A model generated the notes under the pieces. That model saw nothing but the letters and a program-made list of their open reading frames with translations. It was not told the DNA's origin and ran no database searches. DNA of 64,000 nucleotides from Haliotis rubra (lineage: Eukaryota): positions 502,865 to 566,864 of the forward strand of contig NW_025766525.1 in assembly GCF_003918875.1 (NCBI RefSeq), in the 5' to 3' direction. Of the stretch, positions 24,840 to 36,377 are shown one piece after another. The stretch's first letter is position 1, and every line of letters starts with the position of its first letter. A program made the position numbers and the translations under genes.

Positions 24840-25170
24840 TTGCTTAGCCTGCCTAAACAGATGGGTCGGTAGAAACATGCAGGGTGGCAGCCTAAACAGA
24901 TGGGTTGGTAGAAACATGCAGGGTAGCTGCCTAAACAGATGGGTTGGTAGAAACATGCAGGGTAGCTGCCTAAACAGATGGGTTGGTAGAAACATGCAGG
25001 GTAGCTGCCTAAACAGATGGGTTGGTAGAAATATGAAGGGTAGCTGCCTAAACAGATGGGTAGGTAGAAACATGCAGGGTGGCAGCTTAAACAGATGGGT
25101 TGGTAGTAATATGAAGGGTAGCTGCCTGAACAGATGGGTTGGTAGAAACATGAAGGGTAGGCAGCTAGGA
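24840..25170. repeat. Tandem array in PARP4 intron 6, about 39 bp x 8 (cctaaacagatgggttggtagaaacatgcagggtagctg)
   Basis: Read directly. ORFs 24796..25209 and 24816..25151 are repeat artefacts. Confidence 0.85.
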
Positions 25171-25199
25171 TTATGGCACCTTAATTGGGTCGTATCGCC

Positions 25200-27600
25200 A
25201 AAGAATTGATGTGAGGTGCTACTAATGTGTATTAAAGTGCAAGAGAAGTACGTAGGAGGTTGCCTACTGGTGTATCCTGGGAGAAGTGCGTAGGAGGTTG
25301 CCTACTGGTGTATTGGGAGAAGTGTGTAGGAGGTTGCCTACTGGTGTATTTGGGAGAAGTGTGTAGGATGTTGCCTACTGATGTGTTTGGGAGAAGTATG
25401 TAGGAGGTTGCCTACTGGTGTATTGGGAGAAGTGTGTAGGAGGTTGCCTACTGGTGTGTTTGGGAGAAGTGTGTAGGAGGTTGCCTACTGGTGTGTTTGG
25501 GAGAAGTGTGTAGGATGTTGCCTACTGGTGTGTTTGGGAGAAGTGTGTAGGATGTTGCCTACTGGTGTGTTTGGGAGAAGTGAGTGAGAGGTTGCCTACT
25601 GATGTATTTGGGAGAAGTGTGTAGGAGGTTGCCTACTGGTGTGTTTGGGAGAAGTGAGTGAGGAGGTTGCCTACTGATGTATTTGGGAGAAGTGTGTAGG
25701 AGGTTGCCTACTGTGTGTGTTTGGGAGAAGTGAGTAGGAGGTTGCCTACTGATGTATTTGGGAGAAGTGTGTAGGAGGTTGCCTACTGGTGTGTTTGGGA
25801 GAAGTGCCCTACTGATGGTGAGAGGTTGCCTACTGATGTGTTTGGGAGAAGTGTGTAGGAGGTTGCCTACTGGTGTGTTTGGGAGAAGTGTGTAGGAGGT
25901 TGCCTGCTGGTGTATTTGGGAGAAGTGTGTAGGAGGTTGCCTACTGGTGTATTTGGGAGAAGTGTGTAGGAGGTTGCCTACTGGTGTGTTTGGGAGAAGT
26001 GAGTGAGAGGTTGCCTACTGATGTATTTGGGAGAAGTGTGTAGGAGGTTGCCTACTGGTGTGTTTGGGAGAAGTGAGTGAGAGGTTGCCTACTGATGTGT
26101 TTGGGAGAAGTATGTAGGAGGTTGCCTACTGGTGTGTTTGGGAGAAGTGTGTAGGAGGTTGCCTACTGGTGTATTTGGGAGAAGTGAGTAGGAGGTTGCC
26201 TGCTGGTGTATTTCGGAGAAGTATGTAGGGGCTTGCCTACTAGTATATTGGGAGAAGTGAGTAGGAGGTTGCCTGCTGTTGTATTTGGGAGAAGTGTGTA
26301 GGAGGTTGCCTACGGGTGTGTTTGGGAGAAGTGAGTGGGAGGTTGCCTACTGATGTATTTGGGAAAAGTGAGTGGGAGGTTGCCTACTGATGTATTTGGG
26401 AGAAGTATGTAGGGGGTTGCCTACTGGTGTATTGGGAGAAGTGTGTAGGAGGTTGCCTACTGGTGTATTTGGGAGAAGTATGTAGGAGGTTGCCTACTGG
26501 TGTATTTGGGAGAAGTATGTAGGAGGTTGCCTACTGGTGTATTTGGGAGAAGTGTGTAGGAGGTTGCCTATTGGTGTATTTGGGAGAAGTGTGTAGGAGG
26601 TTGCCTACTGGTGTATTTGGGAGAAGTGTGTAGGAGGTTGCCTACTGATGTATTTGGGAGAAGTGTGTAGGAGGTTGCCATTTGGGAGGAGAAGTGGAGG
26701 TTTACTGGGAGGGTGAAGTGTAGGAGGTTGCCTACTGGTGTGTTTGGGAGAAGTGAGTGGAGGTTGCCTACTGATGTGTTTGGGAGAAAGTATGTAGGAG
26801 GTTGCCCACTGGTGTGTTTGGGAGAAGTGTGTAGGAGGTTGCCTACTGGTGTGTTTGGGGGAGAAGTGTAGGATGTTGCCTACTGGTGTGTTTGGGAGAA
26901 GTGTGTAGGAGGTTGCCTACTGGTGTATTTGGGAGAAGTGTGTAGGAGGTTGCCCACTGGTGTGTTTGGGAGAAGTGTGTAGGAGGTTGCCTACTGGTGT
27001 GTTTGGGAGAAGTGAGTAGGAGGTTGCCTACTGGTGTATTTGGGAGAAGTGAGTGGGAGGTTGCCTACTGGTGTGTTTGGGAGAAGTGTGTAGGAGGTTG
27101 CCTACTGGTGTATTTGGGAGAAGTGTGTAGGAGGTTGCCTACTGGTGTGTTTGGGAGAAGTGAGTGAGAGGTTGCCTACTGATGTGTTTGGGAGAAGTAT
27201 GTAGGAGGTTGCCTACTGGTTACTGTGTTGTTTGGTAGAAGTGTGTAGGAGGTTGCCTATTGGTGTGTTTGGGAGAAGTTAGTAGGAGGTTGCCTACTGA
27301 TGTGTTTGGGAGAAGTGTGTAGGATGTTGCCTACTGATGTGTTTGGGAGAAGTGTGTAGGAGGTTGCCTACTGGTGTGTTTGGGAGAAGTGTGTAGGAGG
27401 TTGCCTACTGGTGTGTTTGGGAGAAGTATGTAGGAGGTTGCCTACTGGTGTGTTTGGGAGAAGTGAGTGAGAGGTTGCCTACTGATGTATTTGGGAGAAG
27501 TGTATAGGATGTTGCCTACTGGTGTGTTTGGGAGAAGTGTGTAGGAGGTTGCCTACTGGTGTGTTTGGGAGAAGTGAGTGAGAGGTTGCCTACTGATGTG
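25200..27600. repeat. Minisatellite in PARP4 intron 6, about 37 bp x about 65 (gggagaagtgtgtaggaggttgcctactggtgtgttt)
   Basis: Read directly. Confidence 0.9.
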
Positions 27601-27636
27601 TCCTGGAAGTATTCAGTCCTATTGTCCTTGCTGCAG

Positions 27637-27804
27637 CTGGAGAAGGCGGAGGCCATCTTGATGCAGATCCAGGACTGTTTAATGGCCAACAAGACAGACC
27701 AGCTCAACTCCCTAACGAGTGACTTCTACGAAGCCCTACCACACAGATGTCCGGACCAGGGTGTCAGCAAACAGTGGGTGGCCACTAAGCTTGACCTGTG
27801 TCAG
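27637..27804 (+). CDS. PARP4: PARP4 exon 7 (PARP regulatory helical region)
   Basis: The acceptor is ctgcag|CTG and the donor is CAG|gtgggt. LEKAEAILMQ...DFYEALPHRCPDQGVSKQWVATKLDLCQ matches human SKAEGILLL...EFYRLIPHKGTMPKEVNLGLLAKKADLCQ. Confidence 0.8.
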
Positions 27805-28095
27805 GTGGGTCAGTTCTCTTACAGCTGGAATATGTGTGTTAATGCAGTATTTTGTTTGTGTAATACTCTGCAACACTACAGCTATATGTCAGTATGTGTG
27901 TAATTAAGTGTGGACCACACATTCCAGTGATTGCTATGATCATTGAGTTGGGATATATTGACATTCAGCTTCTGTGTATTGGATGGTACATTTATGTAAT
28001 ACAGTAGACATACAGATACTTGGCACTGATGCCCAAACAATAACACTGGTTGGTCATTGCGTGGGAGTGCTCACATTAATCATGGACTGTTCCAG

Positions 28096-28256
28096 TTGAT
28101 CCGGGATATGATCTCCGTGAGCGAGGCCACTAATTGGTCAACTAGAAGCAGCACTGAGGCCAAATACCGAGCCCTGCGATGCAATATTGGCCATCTCGAG
28201 TCACATGACCCACAACACAAGTTGGTGAGAGACCTTGTGGAATCGTCCATCGAAGG
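28096..28256 (+). CDS. PARP4: PARP4 exon 8
   Basis: The acceptor is ttccag|TTG and the donor is GG|gtaagt, phase 2. LIRDMISVSEATNWS...AKYRALRCNIGHLESHD matches human LIRDMVNVCETNLSK...AKYRALRCKIEHVEQN. Confidence 0.85.
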
Positions 28257-28604
28257 GTAAGTTTCACAAGTCTTTATTGCATGTTTTTAACATTCTGTAA
28301 GTGTGTGCTGCAGTGTGCCTGGATGGAACTCTACATTCAGCCACTGAGGTAGCTGTTTTCACTGCATGTTAGATCAGCCTTGTCAGACACTGTAACAAGC
28401 TATTTGTCAGCTCAGCAATATGAAGGCGGTATTTGAACAGATCTGGCCCACAGTTCCTGAGGGAAACCTCCACTTTGAATGCATAGAAAATAGTCAGAAT
28501 CAGCAGCAAGCATTGGTAGAAAGACTATAGGACTGATACCTATCGTGATTTGGTTATTCGTTTTGTCTGATGTTCTCTTGAACAAAATGTCCTTGTTTTG
28601 TAAG

Positions 28605-28742
28605 CGATTTAAAGATGGAGATCAAAGCTGTGTACGAGGTGCAGCGACCCATCGAAGAAACCAACTTCCGTCATGATATTGACCCCAAACGACTCCTGTT
28701 CCATGCATCCAGGCCAGAAAACTTTGTCGGAATATTGTCACG
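28605..28742 (+). CDS. PARP4: PARP4 exon 9 (PARP catalytic)
   Basis: The acceptor is ttttgtaag|C and the donor is CG|gttggt. DLKMEIKAVYEVQRPIEETNFRHDIDPKRLLFHASRPENFVGILSR matches human VDVLQIFRVGRVNETTEFLSKLGNVRPLLHGSPVQNIVGILCR. Confidence 0.85.
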
Positions 28743-29177
28743 GTTGGTTTTGTTTGGTAATAATTGAAATTACTGTGGTATTCATGTGAAAAATATTGAA
28801 AGAGTTTTAGCTGTTATTGTGATAATTATATTTACCTGATGACTTGTTCATCTGTCTGTGTCGATCCCCGACCGCGTCATACCAAAAGACGTTAAAATAT
28901 GGTACTTGTTGGTCCCTGCCTGGTGCTCGGCATTAATGGGTACAACAAGGACTGGTCAGCTCGGAGTCAGTATAATGTGTCTGAGTGGGGTATCCATGCT
29001 TCACTGCGGCATGGTATTTCACTGGGCTAGCACTATAAAACCAGCTTAGGTCTGGGCTAGTACAAGCAGCCGCACATACACACACACACACACGCGCATG
29101 CACGTCGAAATATTCTCAAGCACGACGTTAAATCCAATTTCACCTCACCTCATCTGTCTGTTTGTTCCTGTTTTCAG

Positions 29178-29276
29178 AGGACTGTTGTTGCCGAAAGTTG
29201 TAGTGGAGAACTACGGGGGTCAGAGGTCAGACGCAGGGATGCTGGGAGGTGGACTCTACTTTGCCAGTGCTGCCAG
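29178..29276 (+). CDS. PARP4: PARP4 exon 10 (PARP catalytic)
   Basis: The acceptor is ttttcag|A and the donor is AG|gttagc. GLLLPKVVVENYGGQRSDAGMLGGGLYFASAA matches human GLLLPKVVEDRGVQRTDVGNLGSGIYFSDS. Confidence 0.85.
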
Positions 29277-29289
29277 GTTAGCTTGGGCT

Positions 29290-32040
29290 CATTGTGGTCA
29301 TTATTGAGTACTCACTGAAGAAGATAATGTTATGTAGTTAGCTCACCTGATGCAAGTGCCCAAGACAATGTTATTAAGTAGTCTCACCTGATGCAAGTGC
29401 CCAAAACAATGTTATCAAGTAGGCTCACCTGATGCAAGTGTCCAAAACAATGTTATCAAGTAGTCTCACCTGATGCAAGTGATGTTAGAGTGCCCAGGTG
29501 AAAGGTGCCCAAGACAATGTTATTAAGTAGTCTCACCTGGTGAAGAGTGCCCAAGTCAATGATATCAAGTAGTCTCACCTGGTGAAGAGTGCCCGAGACA
29601 ATGTTATCAAGTAGTCTCACCTGATGCAAGTGCCCGAGACAATGTTATTAAGTAGTCTCACCTGGTGAAGAGTGCCCAAAACAATGTTATCAAGTAGTCT
29701 CACCTGATGAAGTGCCCAAGAACAATGTTATTAAGTAGTCTCACCTGGTGAAGAGTGCCCAAAACAATGTTATCAAGTAGTCTCACCTGATGCAAGTGCC
29801 CAAGACAATGTTATTAAGTAGTCTCACCTGGTGAAGAGTGCCCAAAACAATGTTATCAAGTAGTCTCACCTGATGCAAGTGCCCAAGACAATGTTATTAA
29901 GTAGTCTCACCTGGTGAAGAGTGCCCAAAACAATGTTATCAAGTAGTCTCACCTGGTGAAAAGTGCCCAAAACAATGTTATCAAGTAGTCTCACCTGGTG
30001 AAGAGTGCCCAAAACAATGTTATCAAGTAGTCTCACCTGGTGAAAAGTGCCCAAAACAATGTTATCAAGTAGTCTCACCTGGTGCAAGTGCCCAAAACAA
30101 TGTTATCAAGTAGTCTCACCTGGTGAAAAGTGCCCAAAACAATGTTATCAAGTAGTCTCACCTGGTGAAAAGTGCCCAAGACAATGTTATCAAGTAGTCT
30201 CACCTGGTGAAAAGTGCCCAAAACAATGTTATCAAGTAGTGCAGAAAAGTGCCCAAAACAATGTTATCAAGTAGTCTCACCTGGTGAAAAGTGCCCAAAA
30301 CAATGTTATTAAGTAGTCTCACCTGGTGAAAAGTGCCCAAAACAATGTTATCAAGTAGTCTCACCTGGTGAAAAGTGCCCAAAACAATGTTATCAAGTAG
30401 TCTCACCTGGTGAAAAGTGCCCAAGACAATGTTATTCAAGTAGTCTCACCTGGTGAAAAGTGCCCAACATAATGTTATTAAGTAGTCTCACCTGGTGAAA
30501 GAGTGCCCAAGACAATGTTATCAAGTAGTCTCACCTGGTGAAAAGTGCCCAAAACAATGTTATCAAGTAGTCTCAAGTAGTCTCACAATGTTATCAAAGT
30601 CTCACCTGGTGCCCAAAACAATGTTATCAAGTAGTCTCACCTGGTGAAAAGTGCCCAAAACAATGTTATCAAGTAGTCTCACCTGGTGAAAAGTGCCCAA
30701 AACAATGTTATCAAGTAGTCTCACCTGGTGAAAAGTGCCCAAAACAATGTTATCAAGTAGTCTCACCTGGTGAAGAGTGTGCCAAAGACAATGTTATCAA
30801 GTAGTCTCACCTGGTGAAAAGTGCCCAAGATAATGTTATTAAGTAGTCTCACCTGGTGAAAAGTGCCCAAAACAATGTTATCAAGTAGTCTCACCTGGTG
30901 AAAAGTGCCCAAAACAATGTTATCAAGTAGTCTCACCTGGTGAAAAGTGCCCAAGACAATGTTATTAAGTAGTCTCACCTGGTGAAAAGTGCCCAAGATA
31001 ATGTTATCAAGTAGTCTCACCTGGTGAAAAGTGCCCAAAACAATGTTATCAAGTAGTCTCACCTGGTGAAAAGTGCCCAAGACAATGTTATCAAGTAGTC
31101 TCACCTGGTGAAAAGTGCCCAAAACAATGTTATCAAGTAGTCTCACCTGGTGAAAAGTGCCCAACATAATGTTATTAAGTAGTCTCACCTGGTGAAAAGT
31201 GCCCAACATAATGTTATTAAGTAGTCTCACCTGGTGAAAAGTGCCCAAAACAATGTTATCAAGTAGTCTCACCTGGTGAAGAGTGCCCAAAACAATGTTA
31301 TCAAGTAGTCTCACCTGGTGAAAAGTGCCCAAAACAATGTTATCAAGTAGTCTCACCTGGTGAAAAGTGCCCAAAACAATGTTATCAAGTAGTCTCACCT
31401 GGTGAAAAGTGCCCAAAACAATGTTATCAAGTAGTCTCACCTGATGCAAGTGCCCAAGACAATGTTATTAAGTAGTCTCACCTGTGCAAGTGCCCAAGAC
31501 AATGTTATTAAGTAGTCTCACCTGGTGAAGAGTGCCCAAAACAATGTTATCAAGTAGGTCTCACCTGATGAAAAGTGCCCAAAACAATGTTATTAAGTAG
31601 TCTCACCTGGTAAAAAGTGCCCAAAACAATGTCATCAAGTAGTCTCACCTGGTGAAGAGTGCCCAAACAATGTTATCAAGTAGTCTCACCTGGTGAAAAG
31701 TGCCCAAACAATGTTATCAAGTAGTCTCACCTGGTGAAAAGTGCCCAAAACAATGTTATCAAGTAGTCTCACCTGGTGAAAAGTGCCCAACATAATGTTA
31801 TTAAGTAGTCTCACCTGGTGAAAAGTGCCCAACATAATGTTATTAAGTAGTCTCACCTGTGAAAAGTGCCCAACAAATGTTACAAGTCAAGTAGTCTCAC
31901 CTGGTGAAAAGTGCCCAACATAATGTTATTAAGTAGTCTCACCTGTGAAAAGTGCCCAACATAATGTTATTAAGTAGTCTCACCTGTGAAAAGTGCCCAA
32001 CATAATGTTATTAAGTAGTCTCACCTGTGAAAAGTGCCCA
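29290..32040. repeat. Minisatellite in PARP4 intron 10, about 42 bp x about 65 (gtagtctcacctggtgaaaagtgcccaaaacaatgttatcaa)
   Basis: Read directly. The unit resembles the sequence just upstream of the exon 11 acceptor (aatgttatga...atttagctcacctggctctgttgcag). ORFs 29866-31449 are artefacts. Confidence 0.9.
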
Positions 32041-32112
32041 ACATAATGTTATGATTTATTAGTCACCGAAATGTTAATGACATGGTATTTAGCTCACCTG
32101 GCTCTGTTGCAG

Positions 32113-32296
32113 CACCAGTGCCCAGTACTCCCGTGAGAGCAAGACAAAGGGCACACGGCTGATGCTGGTGGCTGATGTTGCTCTTGGCCAGTGTAAGGAT
32201 CTGTTTAACCATGACAGGACCCTCAAGTGCCCCCCAGAGGGCTATCACAGTGTACATGGTGTCAAGAACTCTCCCAACACACCATCAGACTTCATG
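32113..32296 (+). CDS. PARP4: PARP4 exon 11 (PARP catalytic)
   Basis: The acceptor is tgttgcag|C and the donor is ATG|gtagga. TSAQYSRESKTKGTRLMLVADVALGQCKDLFNHDRTLKCPPEGYHSVHGVKNSPNTPSDF matches human TSIKYSHPGETDGTRLLLICDVALGKCMDLHEKDFSLTEAPPGYDSVHGVSQTASVTTDF. Confidence 0.85.
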
Positions 32297-32299
32297 GTA

Positions 32300-33286
32300 G
32301 GATGCTTTGACTGCCAGGCTGATGTTTGAGTATGTTTTGATTGCAAGGCTGATGTTTGAGTATGTCTGACTGCCAGGCTGATGTTTGAGTATGTCTGACT
32401 GCCAGGCTGATGTTTGAGTATGTTTGACTGCCAGGCTGATGTTTGAGTATGTTTGACTGCCAGGCTAATTGTTTAGTATGTTTGACAGCCAGGCTGATGT
32501 TTGAGTATGTCTGACTGCCAGGCTGATGTTTGAGTATGTCTGACTGCCAGGCTGATGTTTGAGTATGTCTGACTGCCAGGCTGATGTTTGAGTATGTTTG
32601 ACAGCCAGGCTGATGTTTGAGTATGTCTGACTGCCAGGCTGATGTTTGAGTATGTCTGACTGCCAGGCTGATGCTTTAGTATGTTTGACTGCCAGGCTGA
32701 TGTTTGAGTATGTTTGACAGCCAGGCTGATGTTTGAGTATGTCTGACTGCCAGGCTGATGTTTTAGTATGTTTGACAGCCAGGCTGATGTTTGAGTATGT
32801 TTGACTGCCAGGCTGATGTTTGAGTATGTTTGACTGCCAGGCTGATGTTTGAGTATGTCTGACTGCCAGGCTGATGTTTGAGTATGTCTGACTGCCAGGC
32901 TGATGCTTTAGTATGTTTGACTGCCAGGCTGATGTTTGAGTATGTTTGACAGCCAGGCTGATGTTTGAGTATGTCTAACTGCCAGGCTGATGCTTTAGTA
33001 TGTTTGACAGCCAGGCTGATGTTTGAGTATGTTAGACTGCTAGGCTGACGTTTTAGTATGTTTGACAGGCTGATGTTTGACTGTTTGACTGCCAGGCTGA
33101 TTTTTGAGATGTTTGACTGCCAGGCTGATGTTTGAGTATGTTTGACTGCCAGGCTGATGTTTGTGTATGTTTGACTGTCAGGCTGATGTTTGAGTGTCAG
33201 GCTGATGTTTGACTGTTTGACTGCTAGGCTAATGTTTGAGTATGTTACTGTGCCAGGCTGATGTGTGATGATGTTTTTACTTCCAG
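32300..33286. repeat. Minisatellite in PARP4 intron 11, about 29 bp x about 34 (ctgatgtttgagtatgtctgactgccagg), abutting exon 12
   Basis: Each unit contains ccag|gctgatg, which is identical to the real acceptor plus the first 7 nt of exon 12 (ccag|GCTGATGag). Confidence 0.9.
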
Positions 33287-33443
33287 GCTGATGAGTATGC
33301 TGTGTACTGCGTCAAGCAGCAGCGTCTGAGATACCTGGTGGAGTTTAGCCTGCAGGGGGACCAAGTTCGGGATGTAATTCTAGCAGACATCCAGCAAGAC
33401 TTGGAGCAGACGGCACTGGCTGACATGTTGCAGGACAACTTGG
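33287..33443 (+). CDS. PARP4: PARP4 exon 12
   Basis: The acceptor is tacttccag|GCTGATG and the donor is G|gtatgt, phase 1. ADEYAVYCVKQQRLRYLVEFSLQGDQVRD matches human DDEFVVYKTNQVKMKYIIKFSMPGDQIKD. Confidence 0.8.
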
Positions 33444-33696
33444 GTATGTAGCGTCCACGTTTCAGTTGTGCCAAACACCAGTGAACACACAAGTGTTTTG
33501 GCCTACAACTATATAACCGTCTCTCCATCTGTCCATCCATCCATTCCTGTTCACTCCTGTCCTTGTCATTCGTCATTCTTGTGCAATATTCACTATATTC
33601 CCTGTATTTAGTGTGTTCACTATATTCCCTGTATTAAGTGTGTTCACTATATTCCCTGTATTAAGTGTGTTCACTATATTCCTCCCCCTACGGCAG

Positions 33697-33830
33697 ACTT
33701 GTCGGACGTGCTGGGCATTGAGGACCCTCTGTCTAAGGTGGAGGCTGGTCTGGTTTCCGAGGGCAACAAGATGGCTGTGGAGCTGCAAGGAGTTCACATC
33801 CGCTCCAAACTGGTGGACCTGGCTGCTCAG
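33697..33830 (+). CDS. PARP4: PARP4 exon 13 (start of VIT domain)
   Basis: The acceptor is ctacggcag|AC and the donor is CAG|gtggga. ...GVHIRSKLVDLAAQ matches human EDVHIKGRIIDTVAQ. Confidence 0.75.
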
Positions 33831-34314
33831 GTGGGATTCATTGATTATTTGCAAGAAGTCAATAAGTCAATAAGTCACGTACTGCTGACCATCCCTTACT
33901 GGTGACACCTACAGTGTGCTGCTTGACACTGCATGAATGTAGAGCTTGTTCCAGTGGCCAGTTGATATTTCCTTCATAAACCAGAAGACAGCATGAATAT
34001 TACATGTTAGCACATTGTCATCTGCAACATTATGTTGTATAATGTGTATACATTTTTCTTAGGTTTCAGGAAGAATTGCTTTTTCTCATATACTACCCAG
34101 ACTAAATCCTATCACTTCAGGTGAATTAACTGGAGATCAGAAACTGGAACAATGTTAGTGTCAAACTAAATAATGACTTAAAATGTTGACAATTGTGTTT
34201 GTTATTGTGGCATTTCTCAAACATGAGAAAAACTTCTCTAACCTTATTCCAAGGTGCAGTAAGATATTTGTAAATGACTGACCCTGACTGATGTACCGTG
34301 CAACACATCTGCAG

Positions 34315-34539
34315 GTGATAGTTCTCCAGGAGTACTACAACACCAGTGACACTGCTGTGGAGGCCAAATATGTGTTTCCTCTGGACGACATGGCTGCTGT
34401 GTGTGGGTTCGAAGCATTTATCAATGACAAGCACATCATAGGCGAGGTCAAAGAGAAGGAGCAGGCTCACAAGGAGTACAAGAAGGCTGTCAGTGAAGGT
34501 CATGGAGCTTATCTGATGGACAGAGATGAAGAGACACCG
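34315..34539 (+). CDS. PARP4: PARP4 exon 14 (VIT domain)
   Basis: The acceptor is tctgcag|GTG and the donor is CCG|gtaagt. VIVLQEYYNTSDTAVEAKYVFPLDDMAAVCGFEAFINDKHIIGEVKEKEQAHKEYKKAVSEGHGAYLM matches human VIVFQTYTNKSHVPIEAKYIFPLDDKAAVCGFEAFINGKHIVGEIKEKEEAQQEYLEAVTQGHGAYLM. Confidence 0.9.
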
Positions 34540-34605
34540 GTAAGTTTGGCTGAAGGTCAACAGTGAAGGTCATGGAGCTTATCTGATTGACAGAGATGAA
34601 GACAC

Positions 34606-35172
34606 CATTCTTTTCCCACAGAGGTTACTCCTGTCATATCTTCCCACATGTAACCTCTGTTCTAATAATGCCCTTTCATGGTGTGAGCTGCTTCAAGACT
34701 CCTCGGATTGGAGACAATCAGATTTAGTTGTGCAATCAGCAACGCTTGTTTCAAAAGTGATCATTCGCAAGGCCCTCGGTAATTTCCGTGATACTTCGAG
34801 AAAACTAAACCTTCTTCCCGCGCCGATGCGCTAAACGCTTCCTCTAGACAGAACTCAGTCATGTTATGGCGGATCAGTGGATCTCCATCGCCTCGCTGAC
34901 AACGGACAAGCTAGCCATTAAACGCCTTGTGTGTAACATCAACACAAGTCCCCGCAGATGGGGATATTTGTGGCTTCACATTTGCTTGTGTTAGTCAAGT
35001 TGAATCTAAGTCGATGTAACACCTGTTCTGATTGGATAGAAAGAAGGGAGATAATTCATTTTGCGATCTTTGCCGCTTAGGGATTTTAAGAGAACCGGGA
35101 AATATGGCCGTATTAGAACAGAGGTTACGTGTAGGAAGATATGACAGGAGTAACCTCTGTGGGAAGAGAATG
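34606..35172. mobile_element. MITE (about 567 bp, TIRs of about 55 bp), copy 1, in PARP4 intron 14
   Basis: The left TIR is cattcttttcccacagaggttactcctgtcatatcttcccacatgtaacctctgttctaata. Its reverse complement lies at 35118-35172 (tattagaacagaggttacgtgtaggaagatatgacaggagtaacctctgtgggaagagaatga). Confidence 0.7.
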
Positions 35173-35809
35173 ATGAAGAGACACTGGTAAGTTTGGCTGA
35201 AGGTCAACAGTGAAGGTCGTGGACATTATCTCATGGACAGAGATGAAGAGACACTGGTAAGTTTGGCTGAAGGTCAACAGTGAAGGTCATGGAGCTTATC
35301 TCATGGACAGAGATGAAGAGACACTGGTAAGTTTGGCTGAAGGTCAACAGTGAAGGTCATGGAGCTTATCTGATGGACAGAGATGAAGAGACACCGGTAA
35401 GTTTGGCTGAAGGTCAACAGTGAAGGTCATGGAGCTTATCTGATGGACAGAGATGAAGAGACACCGGTAAGTTTGGCTGAAGGTCAACAGTGAAGGTCAT
35501 GGAGCTTATCTGATGGACAGAAGATGAAGAGACACACCTGTAAGTTTGGCTCAAGGTCAACAGTGAAGGTCATGGAGCTTATCTGATGGACAGAGATGAA
35601 GAGACACTGGTAAGTTTGGCTGAAGGTCAACAGTGAAGGTCATGGAGCTTATCTCATGGACAGATTAAGAGACACTGGTAAGTTTGGCTGAAGGTCAACA
35701 GTGAAGGTCATGGAGCTTATCTGATGGACAGAGATGAAGAGACACCGGTAAGTTTGGCTGAAGGTCAGTAGTGATGCTCATGGAGCTTATCTGATGGACA
35801 GAGATGAAG

Positions 35810-36377
35810 CATTCTCTTCCCACAGAGGTTACTCCTGTCATATCTTCCCACGTAACCTCTGTTCTAATAATGGCCCTTTCATGGTGTGAAGCGTTCAAGA
35901 CTTCGTGATTGGAGACAATCAGATTTAGTTGTGCAATCAGCGGCGTTGTTTCAAAAGTGATCATTTGCAAGGCCTCGGTAATTTCCGTATACTCGAGAAA
36001 ACTAAACCTCTTCCCCTGCGCGCGATGCGCATAGCGTTTCCTCTAGACAGAACTCAGTCATGTTATGGCCCGGATCAGTGGCGTCTCCATCGCCCTCGTT
36101 GACAACGGACAAGCTAGCCATTAAAGCGTCTTGTGTGTAACATCAACACAAGTCCCCGGCAGATGGGGGATATTTGTGGCTTCACATTTGCTTGTGTTAG
36201 TCAAGTTGAATCTAAGTCGATGTAACACCTGTTCTGATTGGATAGAAAGAAGGGAGATAATTGCATTTTTGCGATCTTTTGCGCTAGGGATTTTAAGAGA
36301 ACGGGAAATATGGTCAGATTAGAACAGAGGTTACGTGAGGAAGATATGACAGGAGTAACCTCTGTGGGAAGAGAATG
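35810..36377. mobile_element. MITE copy 2 (same family as 34606-35172)
   Basis: It is near-identical to copy 1 and sits in the same donor-repeat context. This implies duplication of a MITE-plus-array block. Confidence 0.7.
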
